A DNA stretch of 58,310 bases, counting the filler, from Sphacelaria rigidula (Eukaryota), in NCBI GenBank assembly GCA_964200075.2. It is 7 parts of 7 records of this genome, joined end to end, with 100 filler letters (N's around TTAATTAATTAA, not from the genome) between each part and the next. Parts side by side here need not be neighbours in the genome. Positions count along the whole stretch, not along the records: positions 8,346 to 16,590 come from CAXNAA020011793.1; positions 16,691 to 24,934 come from CAXNAA020011794.1; 5 more parts are not named here. One strand, 5' to 3'. The position numbers were made by a program, and so were the translations under genes. The notes under the pieces are model-generated. The model was given only the letters and a program-made list of their open reading frames with translations, was not told the origin of the DNA and ran no database searches. The first letter of the stretch is position 1. Each line of letters begins with the position of its first letter. This document shows positions 10,558-21,810 of the stretch, piece by piece.

Positions 10558-12252
10558 GCACCCCCAAAGCATGTTGGAGTAGGTCAGTGAGTTTGGTATT
10601 CAATTGTGACCTACTCATCGTTTTGGCGTTGACGAAACAGACCTTCATTGTCCAAGATAGCAGTACCAACGTCCGACTCGAAAGATTGCACATCAGCATC
10701 TTCGGCCCCAAGGTCTTTTCGTTGGGCTTGGCGAACAACAGATTTGGACGGCATCGAGTCATCAGGTTCACACGGACCATACACAGCCACAGCGCACAGG
10801 CATTTCAATTTCGACTGTAGGCACCTGCATGACCAAACTACCCCAATGGCACTCAAATGCATCCGGAAATATTGACACCTGACAATCAGGACGAGAATGG
10901 AGCAGCGTCACGGCATGAGCCACCAGATCCTTCGCTGCGGCCCACGCCTGCAGCCTGCCCTCCGTCCACGATGCAGCCTTCTTCGGAAATGCCGTATCTG
11001 GACTGGATCACCCCGCCTGCAAATTCCGTACTACAGACCCGAGCGCCAAAAGAGCCGCCATGCACAACGCCAACCAACTCGACTTCACTGGATCGTACCG
11101 CCGCGGCTTCGTCTTTGCCGCGGACGCCCCAGGTTTCAGCTGAACACGCACGGCCTCCACGCGCGCAGGGGGATTACCCCGCAGCGCACGACGAAACGCG
11201 TTGACGCGGCAATGCAATATGCCGCGCAGGCGCTCCGCTTTTGAGACGCTGAGGTCTTTCGCCCCAGCATCCGCCACGCTCCTCCAGCGCGACCTTCCGA
11301 GCGGACTCTTCTTCCGCCCGGTCCATGAACATATCCGCGCCGCGCTCTACTAAGCGTTCCACCGTCGCATCCCGCTCCTCGGTCACCTGCTTCCCAGTCT
11401 CCTGAAAAGCATCCACCGACAAGCTCACGCGACGACTGCTCAAAAAGGCGGCTGTCTCCACGTGCGGACCAGGCGGAGACAGCCGCGTCTTCATGGATTC
11501 CTTCAACCGCTCATACGGGTCGACTCCTAGATCCTGTAGCGTCGGCAGCCCCAGAAGAACAACGCCATCCGACGCTGGCATAATTGCAAACGAGATCGGA
11601 GGTAATGGCGCCAGTCCCCAAGCAGTCTTGAAGGCTAGCTGCAACGGAATAGTACGCTCCGTGACTGAAACATGCTGACCTGACGCGGTGACTGCCTGCC
11701 GCGCCCCGAGCGGAAACGGGATGCGCAGCGGCACACCCGGGAGTTGACGCTCCAGCATCTCAACCATCTGCACCGTCAAACTAGTGGAATGGGCGCCAGA
11801 ATACAACACAGATCGAACAAAATGGCTCCACGCTGCCGTTCATTCGGAAGACATAACTCCGCCGGAATGTATCTGTCGGCAAGCTCCACGGGAACTTCTT
11901 CCGCGGTCCTATGCGCCGCTGATCCCACCTGACGCCACGGTTGCGCAAGCTGCGCAGGCGAAGACGCCCCGGCAGGTTCAAACGGCACCGCCGGCGGGTA
12001 CGCCTCCCAGCCAGTGAACCAAGAATTTGGCGACCCTCCGACCAGCGCGTCAACAGGCGTCGCGCCTGGCGCTGCTGCCGGTGTCGCTGCCGGCGCCACC
12101 ACTGGTGCCGGCGCAGTGTGCGACTCTGTGAAAGTCAGGCCCACCTGCACCGCCCGCTGCGGAGCAGCAGCACCTACAGCGGCGCCGGACCCAGAGCCAG
12201 GCCCAATCTGACGCCGCTGCCCCTGCTGCTGCTGATTCTGCTGCTGCGGCGG

Positions 12253-13176
12253 CTACTGCTGAGGACTCGCCTGCGACCCTCCATCGCCGGAGGATCCGCC
12301 GCCGCCACCACGATTGTCTCGTCTTTTGCCCTTGTGCCGACGATGCTGATGGCGCGCGGCACTAGACTGCCCAAACTCTCCACCGGAAGACGTTGGGCAA
12401 TCGCGCGCGTCATGGCCGACCTGGCCACAGCGGTGGCAAGTAATACTCGCGGCACGACCAGCCGATTTCGAGTCATGGTTGCGCAAAGATTTCGGCGAAG
12501 AGGTGGACGACTGGCCGCACACCTCTATTTTTCGCCACACCTTGGCCTCGGCCACAACGGTGCTCATCACCAGGTGCGGGCCGTCCTTCCAATCTGTTTG
12601 GTGCTGCAGCTTGACAAGCACGGCTTGCTTGAAATTTTCCGGTGCCAACCTCTCCACCAAAGCCTTAGTGATTACTGCTGCCGGGCCGGGAATGAAGTCA
12701 CCATCGGGGGAACGATATACTAGTTGTACGTTCGGATTTGCCGTGGAGTACTTCTCCAAATTGGCCAAGATGGGCTCTACACGCTCCAATATCGTTTTCC
12801 CCCGAGAAGGCATTGCGACAGTTTTCGCCACGGCCGCGGACGCTTGGATCAGATCTACCTCTGCGCCCGCCGCATGCCCAGCATGCTTTTTGATCGTCGC
12901 AACCAATTGCGGCAAGGTGAGAGTGCTCTCATTATGTTCCAAACGAGCGAACACTCTCTGTACATGAGTTGGTACTTGTTGAGCCATGGTCACCACCTGA
13001 TGCCGCACGGCACCCCCTGCATTCGCGTGCCCCACACGCTTCTTGTACTCCACGTATTTTGTATAAAAAGTAGGAGATGCACTCTCTGAGTACCTGTCCG
13101 CGTATTGGGGAGGTTTCAATTCTTCCCGCATGACCACGGATGTCATGGTGGACGTACCTCGTGAGCCCGTGGCCAT
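12253..13176 (-). CDS. gag: Retrotransposon Gag with CCHC zinc knuckle
   Basis: 307-aa ORF with CHRCGQVGHDARDC. N-terminus (PQY...FYTKYVEYKKRV) resembles gag at 54567-55196 (PEY...FYHKYVEYEEAV). Confidence 0.85.
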   Translation of the reverse strand: MATGSRGTSTMTSVVMREELKPPQYADRYSESASPTFYTKYVEYKKRVGHANAGGAVRHQVVTMAQQVPTHVQRVFARLEHNESTLTLPQLVATIKKHAGHAAGAEVDLIQASAAVAKTVAMPSRGKTILERVEPILANLEKYSTANPNVQLVYRSPDGDFIPGPAAVITKALVERLAPENFKQAVLVKLQHQTDWKDGPHLVMSTVVAEAKVWRKIEVCGQSSTSSPKSLRNHDSKSAGRAASITCHRCGQVGHDARDCPTSSGGEFGQSSAARHQHRRHKGKRRDNRGGGGGSSGDGGSQASPQQ

Positions 13177-13482
13177 AGCTGTAGCTGTAACCGGCTACCT
13201 GCGAACCTCTGCAGGCCAGCGGACCTTCGCGAATTGCACTTTCCTTGCTTCGTCGCCGCACCACACAGTCGTAGGAGCCTCCAAACTCCCGCTGCACGCA
13301 GCTTCAGCAAGTCTCCAGTCTGTATCAATCACAGGCCAGCCACCGTTCTGCAGCTGCCTCAGCTGAAACCCTCTTCACGCGTCCGTAGGTGATCAAGTTT
13401 CCACAGCTACCAAACTCCTTCCGCCGAATTCCTTTCAGCAGATTTCTAGCACTAACACTAGCACTAGCACTAGTATCGATAT

Positions 13483-13737
13483 CGTGACACCAGTCAGTTG
13501 AAGCTCTGTTGGATCACTGCTGTTGAGGGACTCCCCAGTCTTACTGGCCTCAGTTTCAGTTGTCAGCCTTTACAACATTCTCATTATTCAGGAGTGACCT
13601 TCCAGGGCACCAGCTAGACCTGCAGATACCATATCCGTGTCCACGGTCATTATCCAGAACCCTCCAGAGTCTTCGTGCCCTTAGTCGTTATCCATATCAT
13701 CACTACCAACTCAACGTAACGGCGTATTTTTGTCACA
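13483..13737 (-). repeat. 5' LTR (255 bp)
   Basis: Direct repeat of 10304-10557. Confidence 0.95.
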
Positions 13738-13868
13738 GATTCCACATGCGGTTTTCTGCGCATTTTCCTGCTCCCTCCACGGATTTTTGTGTCGAGTTGA
13801 CCGATGCATACGTGGTAGAAGGTGTCAAGTTTAATTATTTCTCCCTTTACCACGTGCCGAAGAAACAC

Positions 13869-14780
13869 GAGTATTGTCCTACAATCGCAACCCCTTCATC
13901 CCTCCACAGCGAAAAGGATTCATCTGCGTCTGTAGGGCTTCGTGCTTTGCCCGACAACCCCACATCGAGTAGCAGAACTGATTTTCCCTGAATTCGACTG
14001 GGGTACATTTATTTAATGGCAGATTACGTTTTGATAGTAGTTCGCGATCTTCATCGCCATTGGCCACGCGTCTTCCCCCAACATATCGCAGTATTGCCCT
14101 ACAATCGCAACCCCTTCATCCCTCCACAGCGAAAAGGATTCATCTGCGTCTGTAGGGCTTCGTGCTTTGCCCGACAACCCCACATCGAGTAGCAGAACTA
14201 ATTTTTTCCCTATTCCCGTAGAGTAATTGATTTTCCTTCCACTGTGGAGCATCCTTCCCCCAGTAGCGGAGTTGATTCATCTGTATCTGTAGAGCGTCGT
14301 TCTTCGCCTGACAACCCCACATCGAGCAGCGGAGGTAATATATTCCACTACTAGTGTAGAGTCTCGTTCCCCTACAAGCGAAATTGATTTTTCTTCCACT
14401 GCGGAGCATCCTTCCTCCAACAGCGGAGTTGATTTGTCTGCATCTGTAGAGCGTCGTTTTTCGCCTGACAACCCCACATCGAGTAGCGGAGGTGATTCCT
14501 TTACTACTACTGTAGAGGCTCGATCCCCTAAACGCGGGATTGATTTTCTTCTATGGAGCATCCTTTCCCCAGTAGCGGAGTTGATTATCTTCGTCTGCAG
14601 AGCTTCATTCTTCGCCCCACACCTCTGCAGAGCCTCGTTCCCCTACCAGCAGAGGTGATGTTTCAACGCTTATTGTAGAGTCTCGTTCCCCCACCAGCAG
14701 AAGTGGTTTTTCTACGGCTACTGTAGAGTCCCATTCACCTACGATGAAGTTGGGTTTTCTCCCACTGTGGAGCCCCGAGT
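13869..14780 (+). repeat. Tandem/degenerate repeat array within the Copia relic
   Basis: Near-exact ~120-bp duplication (13870-13989 and 14091-14210), then ~135-bp units sharing gacaaccccacatcgag and tgtagag motifs that decay toward 14780. Confidence 0.88.
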
Positions 14781-15009
14781 GTCGACACAGCCTCAGCATC
14801 AGAAATAGATATTTTGTACTGTCCTCCCAGTGTTGGCTTACATCATATCTCCGCCGGAGGCGTTGTATTTACCCCCCCTCGGTGTCTGTGTATAGCCCGC
14901 TTCCGCTACAAGCGTTATACCTGATCCCTCAGGTGTTGATAACCAGTCTGCTTCATCGGTAAGAGGTGTATCTTTTGTGCAAACCGTCCCGCGTTTTCGG
15001 CTTCTGCAA

Positions 15010-15870
15010 CCGCCGCCGGTGCCGCTTGGCGGCATGGGGGGGTGATGAAGTTAGTACCGTCGTCGACTCGCCGGCATCCCCACAGCCGCTGAATCACGCG
15101 GTGGAACCCGAGCCGCTGACGACTTCACCGCTATCGCCGACCTTACCGACAACGCCGCCATCGCCGCCAACGCATGATGCGATGCAAATGCTGCCGACTC
15201 CATCGCTACCGTTGCTGTCATCACTACAGCCACGCCGACAATCCCGAGTCCGGTGCAACTGCTGCCGATTATATCGCTACCGTCACCGACAGCACCGCAA
15301 CCGCCGCCGCTACCACCCACCGCACCGATAACATCGCAGGCGCTGCTGCTTCCTCATGCTCTGCCGACTTCATCGGTATCGTCGCCGACAGCACCACAGC
15401 TGCCGCCGCTACCACCTACCGCGCCGACAACCCCTGCCTCATACTCTGTCGACTTCATCGATACCGTTGCTGACAATATTGCAGTCACTGCCATTGCCGC
15501 CGACCTCATCGATACCGTCGCCGACAACGTCGCCACTGCCAACAAAGTAGAGAAAGGGTGAAACTCGAGCCGCCGCCGCCGACACCGTCATTAATATCAC
15601 TCCGGCGATTCCGCGACCGATACCATTGCCGCCGCCTGTGCCAACAACACCGTCAACAGCACAACAGCAACCGCTGACACTGCCGCCGACTCTGTCGGTA
15701 ACACCGTCTCACGTGTGGCGTCATCGCTGTCAGGCGAGTAGAGCAGGGCGGCGGGGACGCACTCCGACTCTGTCAGCAACACCGCGAAAAGCACAGCCGC
15801 CACTGCCGCTACCGCTGCCGCTGCCACCGACTCTGTCGGCAACACCTTTTGACGCGCGACGCCGTCGTGC
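15010..15870 (+). repeat. GCC/ACC-rich low-complexity region with internal degenerate repeats
   Basis: Recurrent cgccgac / catcgataccgt / ccgccgcc motifs. Confidence 0.7.
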
Positions 15871-16590
15871 CGGTCGAATGGAGCAGGGGGACGCGTAGGC
15901 ATTCCCATGCGATCGAGTATGGGCAGCCAAGGGAGCCGGGCGGCACTAGAATGGCATTGAAATATGGGGAAGCAGATGAATTGGAATGGAGCACGGAGAT
16001 GGAGTCGACGCTTTTGGCCAGAGGAGAAATGCAGAGGCCGGAGATAGATTTTGGATAATAGTATGTTCTGACTGTGGCAATTTCAAGTATCCGTTTGTTA
16101 ACAGCTCCAGTTTGTCAGTAGGTCCATGCTTTGCGTCATTTTGATCCTGAATCCTGAAGAAGGCTGTAGGCCGCTTCTCATGACAGACGAACATCAATCT
16201 CTGGAAAAGTGCATTCTTGGGGCTTTTACATCGTTTTACGCCCCAAAAGAGAGCTAGGCGCAGTTTGACACCTTGGAATGACTTGATCTACTAGTTGAGG
16301 CGGTTCCAGGACCTCTTCCCGTTTTCCGATGGCCGCAGTTTTCATTTGATCATGCACACAGCAAATTGCTTTTGGTTCATTTTATCTATTGATCTTGGAT
16401 TTTGGAATATACGTCTGTGTTGGATTACGGAGGAAACATGGCTTGAGATTCACATGGAGTATACTCCCGCGATTGGGAACGTGATATAGGATTAGGGGAA
16501 GGGGGGGGGGGGGGGGTCCCCCTTTGTTGCTTTCCTTGGTCGTTTGCCCATTGGCCCCCCCTCTCTTCCGGGCCGGGCCCCCGTTCCACC

Positions 16591-16690
16591 NNNNNNNNNN
16601 NNNNNNNNNNNNNNNNNNNNNNNNNNNNNNNNNNTTAATTAATTAANNNNNNNNNNNNNNNNNNNNNNNNNNNNNNNNNNNNNNNNNNNN
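16591..16690. other. Artificial contig-joining spacer
   Basis: Same 100-bp N/TTAATTAATTAA/N spacer. Confidence 0.98.
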
Positions 16691-17380
16691 ATCTGACTCG
16701 AAATTTCGAGCAACAAATGGCCCAAAATACGCCCCCCCCCTATCGTAGGATGACTCAATGTACTGTGCATTTTGACGCGACACAAGTTCCTCCTTTTCTC
16801 TCGTTTTCCTTCAGATTCAATCCGTTTGATCTAGTTTTAGTTATTTGCACCGTAAAGCGTTTGTCGCGGCACCGGGTGCGAAGTGAACTTGAACTCGGCC
16901 GAGACAGATCCCACGGTGCTACAACGGAGGGGGGTGTCATGACAAGGGGGTGGTGCAGTAGTTGAAGAACTCCGGTGCACCACGGGGTGCCGATGGCGCA
17001 CCGAGTGCGAAAACCACAAAACTCGCAGCACGTTGGCATATCGGTAGCAGGACGGCACAGTGCAACACGAAAGCACCTGGGTGTCGGCCCTCGCCTTTTG
17101 CCTTTTGTTCGCTGTCTGCTCCTTCATGGGTGTTCTAAAAAATACCACGTGGTATGAAGGATTCATCTGCTTACGCGTAGTTTCTGCATGCCGCAAGATG
17201 GCGACGGTCGACAGAAACACACAGGTGCCTTCATTCATATCGTTCTCTCGAGCCTCTTCAACGATAACTCGCCCTTCAACGGGGGCACCTACGTGCAAAA
17301 CCCCACTTGAAACGTATACCCATTAAGGCAGTAAGTGTAAGTGTTTTTACCCCTACTCCCATTTTCTGTACCAAGTGCCA

Positions 17381-18546
17381 CGACAAGGGGGGGAGTGTAC
17401 TCATGACTCGCATGTCGTAGTCATATGAACGTTGACCTCACATCCCTAAAAAGCCGAGACGGAGGACACCGGGTTTTCGCTGGACCACGCTCGCAACCAA
17501 TCACCCAGCGCGAAGCGCCGTGATGTGTTCGCCGAATCGCATCAAGGGTGAGCTACATTGTTCTCAGATTGTTCGGCCTCAAGCGTACTGCTTAACTTAC
17601 ATGGGGATGACAACCTCCGATGAGTTGGTTCAGTTCCTGGCACTTCCACTTCCAGAGACAGTCATGGGTTACACTACCTTCTGGGTGTCACGCCATTTCA
17701 AGGCTACGTGCTACGATCATCCCCTTTGCGCGGAGTTCGGACTCTCCACCCCGAACAATACGATCTAACTCGACCACCATCATGCTTGTGCGTGTATGCG
17801 TGTGTGTTTGTATCGTCATCCCATCTATTCTGGACGCCAGTCTACACCTTTCGGAATATGTAGGCGCGTCAGCCGGGGCCACACAGGAGAAACGCCAACA
17901 CAGGAGTTTTACCTCAAGCCAACGCAAGGAAGAAAAAACAGTAACCTGATCGCCCAGCTTACGCAGTGAGTGGCGTGTTACAGCATGACGTTGCCAACCG
18001 ACGCCAACCCTAAATAGGGTTCGACAAGGGGGGGGGCACTCATGACCTTGCATGACGTAGTGATAAAACCATTGACTTCGCATCCCTACAAAACCGAGAC
18101 GAAGGACGCCGGGTTTTCGCCTGACCAGACTCGCAGTTGCCAAGCGCCAAACGCCGTCATGTGTTTGGCGCGCCCCATGAGGAGTGAGCTACACCCTGCT
18201 GAGATTGTTCGGCCCCAAGTGTACTAATCATCACATGGATGACAGCCTCGAAGGGGTTGCTTTGTTTTCTGATATCGCCACTTCCAGAGACAGCCGCGGA
18301 TCACACACCCATGGACGTCTCACCATTGTCATACTACGTAGTACGACCATCCCCTCTGCGCGGAGTTCACGTTCTCCACCCCCCACAAAATGATCTAGCT
18401 CGACAACCATCATGGTTACCATGAAAAATAAAACGCAAGTGAACAAAAACGGTAACCTGGTCGCCTACCTTACGCAATGAATGACGTGTTTAGCGCATCG
18501 TTGCCAACCGATGCCAACCCTCAAAAGGGAGGTGCGACAAGGGGGG
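17381..18546 (+). repeat. Two head-to-tail copies of a dispersed ~520-bp repeat family
   Basis: Copies start at cgacaaggggggg (17381, 18022) and share catccctacaaagccg..cgccgggtttt..gagctaca..gattgttcggcc..cacttccagagacag. Further copies at ~33205-33278 (-), 33379-33830, 33840-33890, 40505-40630 and 41723-41800. Confidence 0.85.
17785..17910 (-). mobile_element. 3' fragment of tRNA-derived SINE, nested in dispersed repeat
   Basis: Reverse complement of the 3' end of the SINE at 36022-36377 (gtagactggcgtccagaatagatggg + CA tail). Confidence 0.75.
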
Positions 18547-18830
18547 CGAGAGGGGCAAACAACACGTTCATGAGAACCCGTCTCGTGCCACAAGAGAGGG
18601 GGGCGCCACGACAGGTGTGGGTGCTACGACACAAGGTTTTACGGAATTTCTCGAGTTGTCCTTCCGGGGTGTCTTCGTTCTTTCTACCTTGGTACGTCCA
18701 CGGCTGAATCCCTCGGGGATGATGTGCAGCACTCTATCAACAAACCAATAAATGAACAAAGCATGTTTTTTCATACGTGGCCTTCGCCCCCTCCAGTAGT
18801 CCAGTCCACACCACCCACCCGCCCACCTAC

Positions 18831-21810
18831 CCTCTGAACTTCGTCCACATCATCCGCTGAGGTTGTGACCGTGAACAAATAGAACCTGTAGCTAGCAGAT
18901 CCTGGTCCGTTAACGTTGTAGCTCGCGACTCCTTCCGTGACAGTCCTGTTTGACAAGTCGTCGAGGTTGTATTTCGGGGGCACGGAAGGAGGAGCCAATA
19001 GATCTTCCGTGGCACGCCCCACGGCTGAGTTTCCGGAGGGGGGCGAGGGGGTGTATGCATTGACCAAGGGAGGAAGGGAGATGAAATGGTCAAGATAGGC
19101 GGGGTGGAGAAGAGGGAGTGAGAATCGCAAAGTAACGCAACTATTCAAGCTGCGGTATAACATATATACATATATATACAACATTTTTTGAGTTTGTGAA
19201 CAAATATGAAATTCAAGTGGCCAAAGGCACGGCGATATACAGGAGTACGGAAATTCCTGTACCGACCTTGAACACAGCAATGGTTCCGAGCCGGTGCTTC
19301 AAGGTTCCATATAGCGTAGCAGGAGTCAAACCGGGTACAATTTGTTCACCGGGGTGAAGAACCCGCCTCGAAAGCCGTATCGTCAATGGATACATGCTCC
19401 AGGCCAAGTAAGTGGAAGACTACACCAGGCCTAGAGAGCGCCCCCGGTTCAAGAGGGGGCGTGGTCGGCGATTTGCATGACACAAGTACTTGGTGGCGAA
19501 TGGAATCATTCATGTTTCCATTTCATATACTTCCACCAATGTTATTACCTCTTGTGAAGAATGCTTTCGAAGCAGTTGCAGTGCGTGGGCTTTCAGGGCA
19601 CTGGTAGTGCTGTGGTCTCTACAATCGAGGCTTAGCTTAGCTGAGATTGAAGGTGAAAGAATCGGCGTATTGCCGTTCAGATTGATATACGGACACGTCA
19701 ACGTGTGGCCACCACCTGGACTATCGCGTTGTGCCTGAGCACAGGAGGATTAGATTGAAATCGGTGGGGAAATTGGAGTGCAATCCACTCGGAAATTCAT
19801 GTATTGGAGTATTGATTAAATCAGAGTTGAGATTCGACCGTGACGTTTCGGGAGCCGCCCACTGTATAGAAACCCTGTCCTTCTGTTCCGGGATAGTACA
19901 TCGTCCTGGTGTCTTAGCTCACCGCCGCCTCCTGGAAAGCCTCCTAGTGTAGCCGGCTCTACGACGATGCTGGTGTTTAGGACTAGGCTGGTCCGGCTCA
20001 AGATAGACATCGCCCGTTGGCCAGTGACTTCTACGGTAATTTCTGGACCGAGGTAGACCTGTGGGGGTTCGCAAAGATGACACGTTATGAGCTGATAGGG
20101 GAAATGACGAAACATGGTTGTTTGGCTTTCTGATGGCGACGACGACAACTCACGTGCGATTTCATTGCTGCAGGGATCAAGCGACACTCCTTGATCCAAG
20201 GATAACCGAGTACCGTTGTACATGGTGACCAATCCTGACAGCGTGACTACATATCTACAACAAGCACAGGCGCAGCACCAGTCCATGGCGGCAGCAGTAA
20301 AACGCACGAGGAACCAAGAGTTGGTCGGCATCGTCTACACAAGAGAACACTGTAGCACTCGGCAGAATACGCACGCACCTGGTCAAAAGCCCAAACGGCA
20401 ACCTCCGTTCCATCAGCGGTTACGGCCACTTCGCCCGTTGCCGATATGGCCCCGTCCAGAGAAACACTGGAAGTGTTGAACAGAAGCGTACAAGGGCAAG
20501 TTGCATTTTCTCCTCGTAAGCTCTGCGGGACATCGGAAATTGCGTCGGGTAGGGAAAGATAGAGATCCGTAAGAAGGCTGGGAAAAAAACCCCGGGAGGG
20601 AGAACAGTTTATTGTACTCAACCTTGGATAAAACTGGATAAAGCTACAGTAGTGAACTTTCGAATGCTGTCACAGGTAGATTCTGGCACTATCGAGGATA
20701 TTGATCCAGTCGCGGCGCTTCATTCGCCTCGAAACGGCACAAACATCGCAGCTTTGCAGTGACACCGGTGCCAGTCTCAAACATTGAAGGAATCCCTACC
20801 TCCGCAATTGTCCCGTTGACATCTTCCCACCAAGGATAGCTGTGGTTGCCGTAGGTCTCCGTGCTGTTGACGTATGTCCCGTTGCTATCCGGGCACAACT
20901 GAGAGACGCAGATCGTCAGACAAATTCACGGGTTGTCAGCAGTAGGCGGGTCCGGAGGTTAGAGACAGGGGCGGGGGCAAGGAGACTCCATATAATCGTG
21001 CGGGTAGGAGTGGGGTGCCTGAGGGAATTGAACGTGGAATCGCGCCACTTTCTGCGATAGCGTAGACGGAGCTCGAGACAACCGGCTACTCACCTGACAT
21101 GTTGAATCATGCAGAGCATTGCTAGTTTATGATGCTTGAAGGCATTTTGTTAAATATTTTTTCTCGTGGGGTTCTAACTTCGCAGGAGGTGCGGCATCGG
21201 CACCGTTACAAAATGTGTGCACCGCCGGGTACAATGGAATGCTCTCTGTTGAAATGGACTCTCCAGTGAACAGCGCGTCTGCAGAGTATGAACGCGGATC
21301 ATCGCGTAGGGCGCTGTCGTGTTCCGATATGTGCAGACGTGAGCCATTTCCCAAATTTGGTGAACGTTTTCTGACCGGTCACATTTGCTGCGCTTCAACA
21401 ATCGCAACCTGGTGGTGCCAGTTCACGGCGGTAGTCTGCGAAGATCACAGGCAAACTGCAAGGAACAATTCGCACGTACTGCACGATACCGCCGTGGGAC
21501 CTGTTTGTAGGACTCGGTGCAGATTGTTGGTGATGTTGAAACCGGCCGAATGAAAAACGCTTCAAGACATGTCAACGCACCGACGTGCCCCCCAGCGCTG
21601 TGAACCTTCAGCTGACTTCTTCCGGGTGGAAGTTGAAGGCGATCAGACAGCGAATTTTCCCCGTTTGGGTTTGAAGAAGGGAAATTAGTCCTGAAGGTTC
21701 GGGCCCGAAAGGTACCAACCTGAAGGGAAACAGAAAGCGCCGCTCACCTGCCATGCGAGGCACTGAGTGTTGTTCAAGGTCTCTCTCGTGTCCAGTATAC
21801 TGCTCAGCTC
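18831..21810 (-). pseudogene. Uncharacterised multi-exon gene with a +1 frameshift (pseudogene or assembly error)
   Basis: GT-AG exons 21810-21748, 20898-20800, 20643-20379 (265 nt, one base too many), 20058-19923 and 19024-18831 join as ...NNTQCLAWQ|LCPDS...|...TADGTEVAVWAFDQ|VYLGPEITVEVTGQRAMSILSR...TLGGFPGGG|AVGR...NVNGPGSASYRFYLFTVTTSADDVDEVQR. Confidence 0.65.

Larger units (their letters stand above)
10304..13737 (-). mobile_element. Internally deleted Gypsy LTR retrotransposon with both LTRs
   Basis: Paired LTRs, gag with CCHC knuckle, protease relic (LYSGA for LDSGA), RT start (DAFRRALRGxPPARVE-type motif) and short RNase H pieces. Near-TSD GATC/GATTC. Confidence 0.93.
9050..14100 (+). 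mobile_element. Ty1/Copia gag-protease relic, split by nested Gypsy element (outer limits approximate)
   Basis: KWIVDTGASNHVTG...VKAVGSLTLR (10148-10303) resumes after 13737 as FHM...DFCVELTDAYVVEGVKFNYFSL and then NSTGVHLFNGRL. His/Gln-rich degenerate gag-like region lies upstream. Confidence 0.8.

Noticed and set aside
13869..14780. CRISPR-like repeat-spacer array
   Set aside because: Units are long degenerate tandem repeats with homologous spacers, in a eukaryotic retroelement with no cas genes.
14966..15930. Pro/Ala/Thr-rich ORFs as mucin- or AGP-like genes
   Set aside because: Low-complexity GCC-rich DNA is open in many frames, with no splice or start support, and lies next to a decayed retroelement.
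21094..21354. Extra exon of the contig-3 gene using the donor at 21093
   Set aside because: There is an in-frame TAA shortly upstream and no clear acceptor. Exon 21810-21748 joins 20898 in phase without it.
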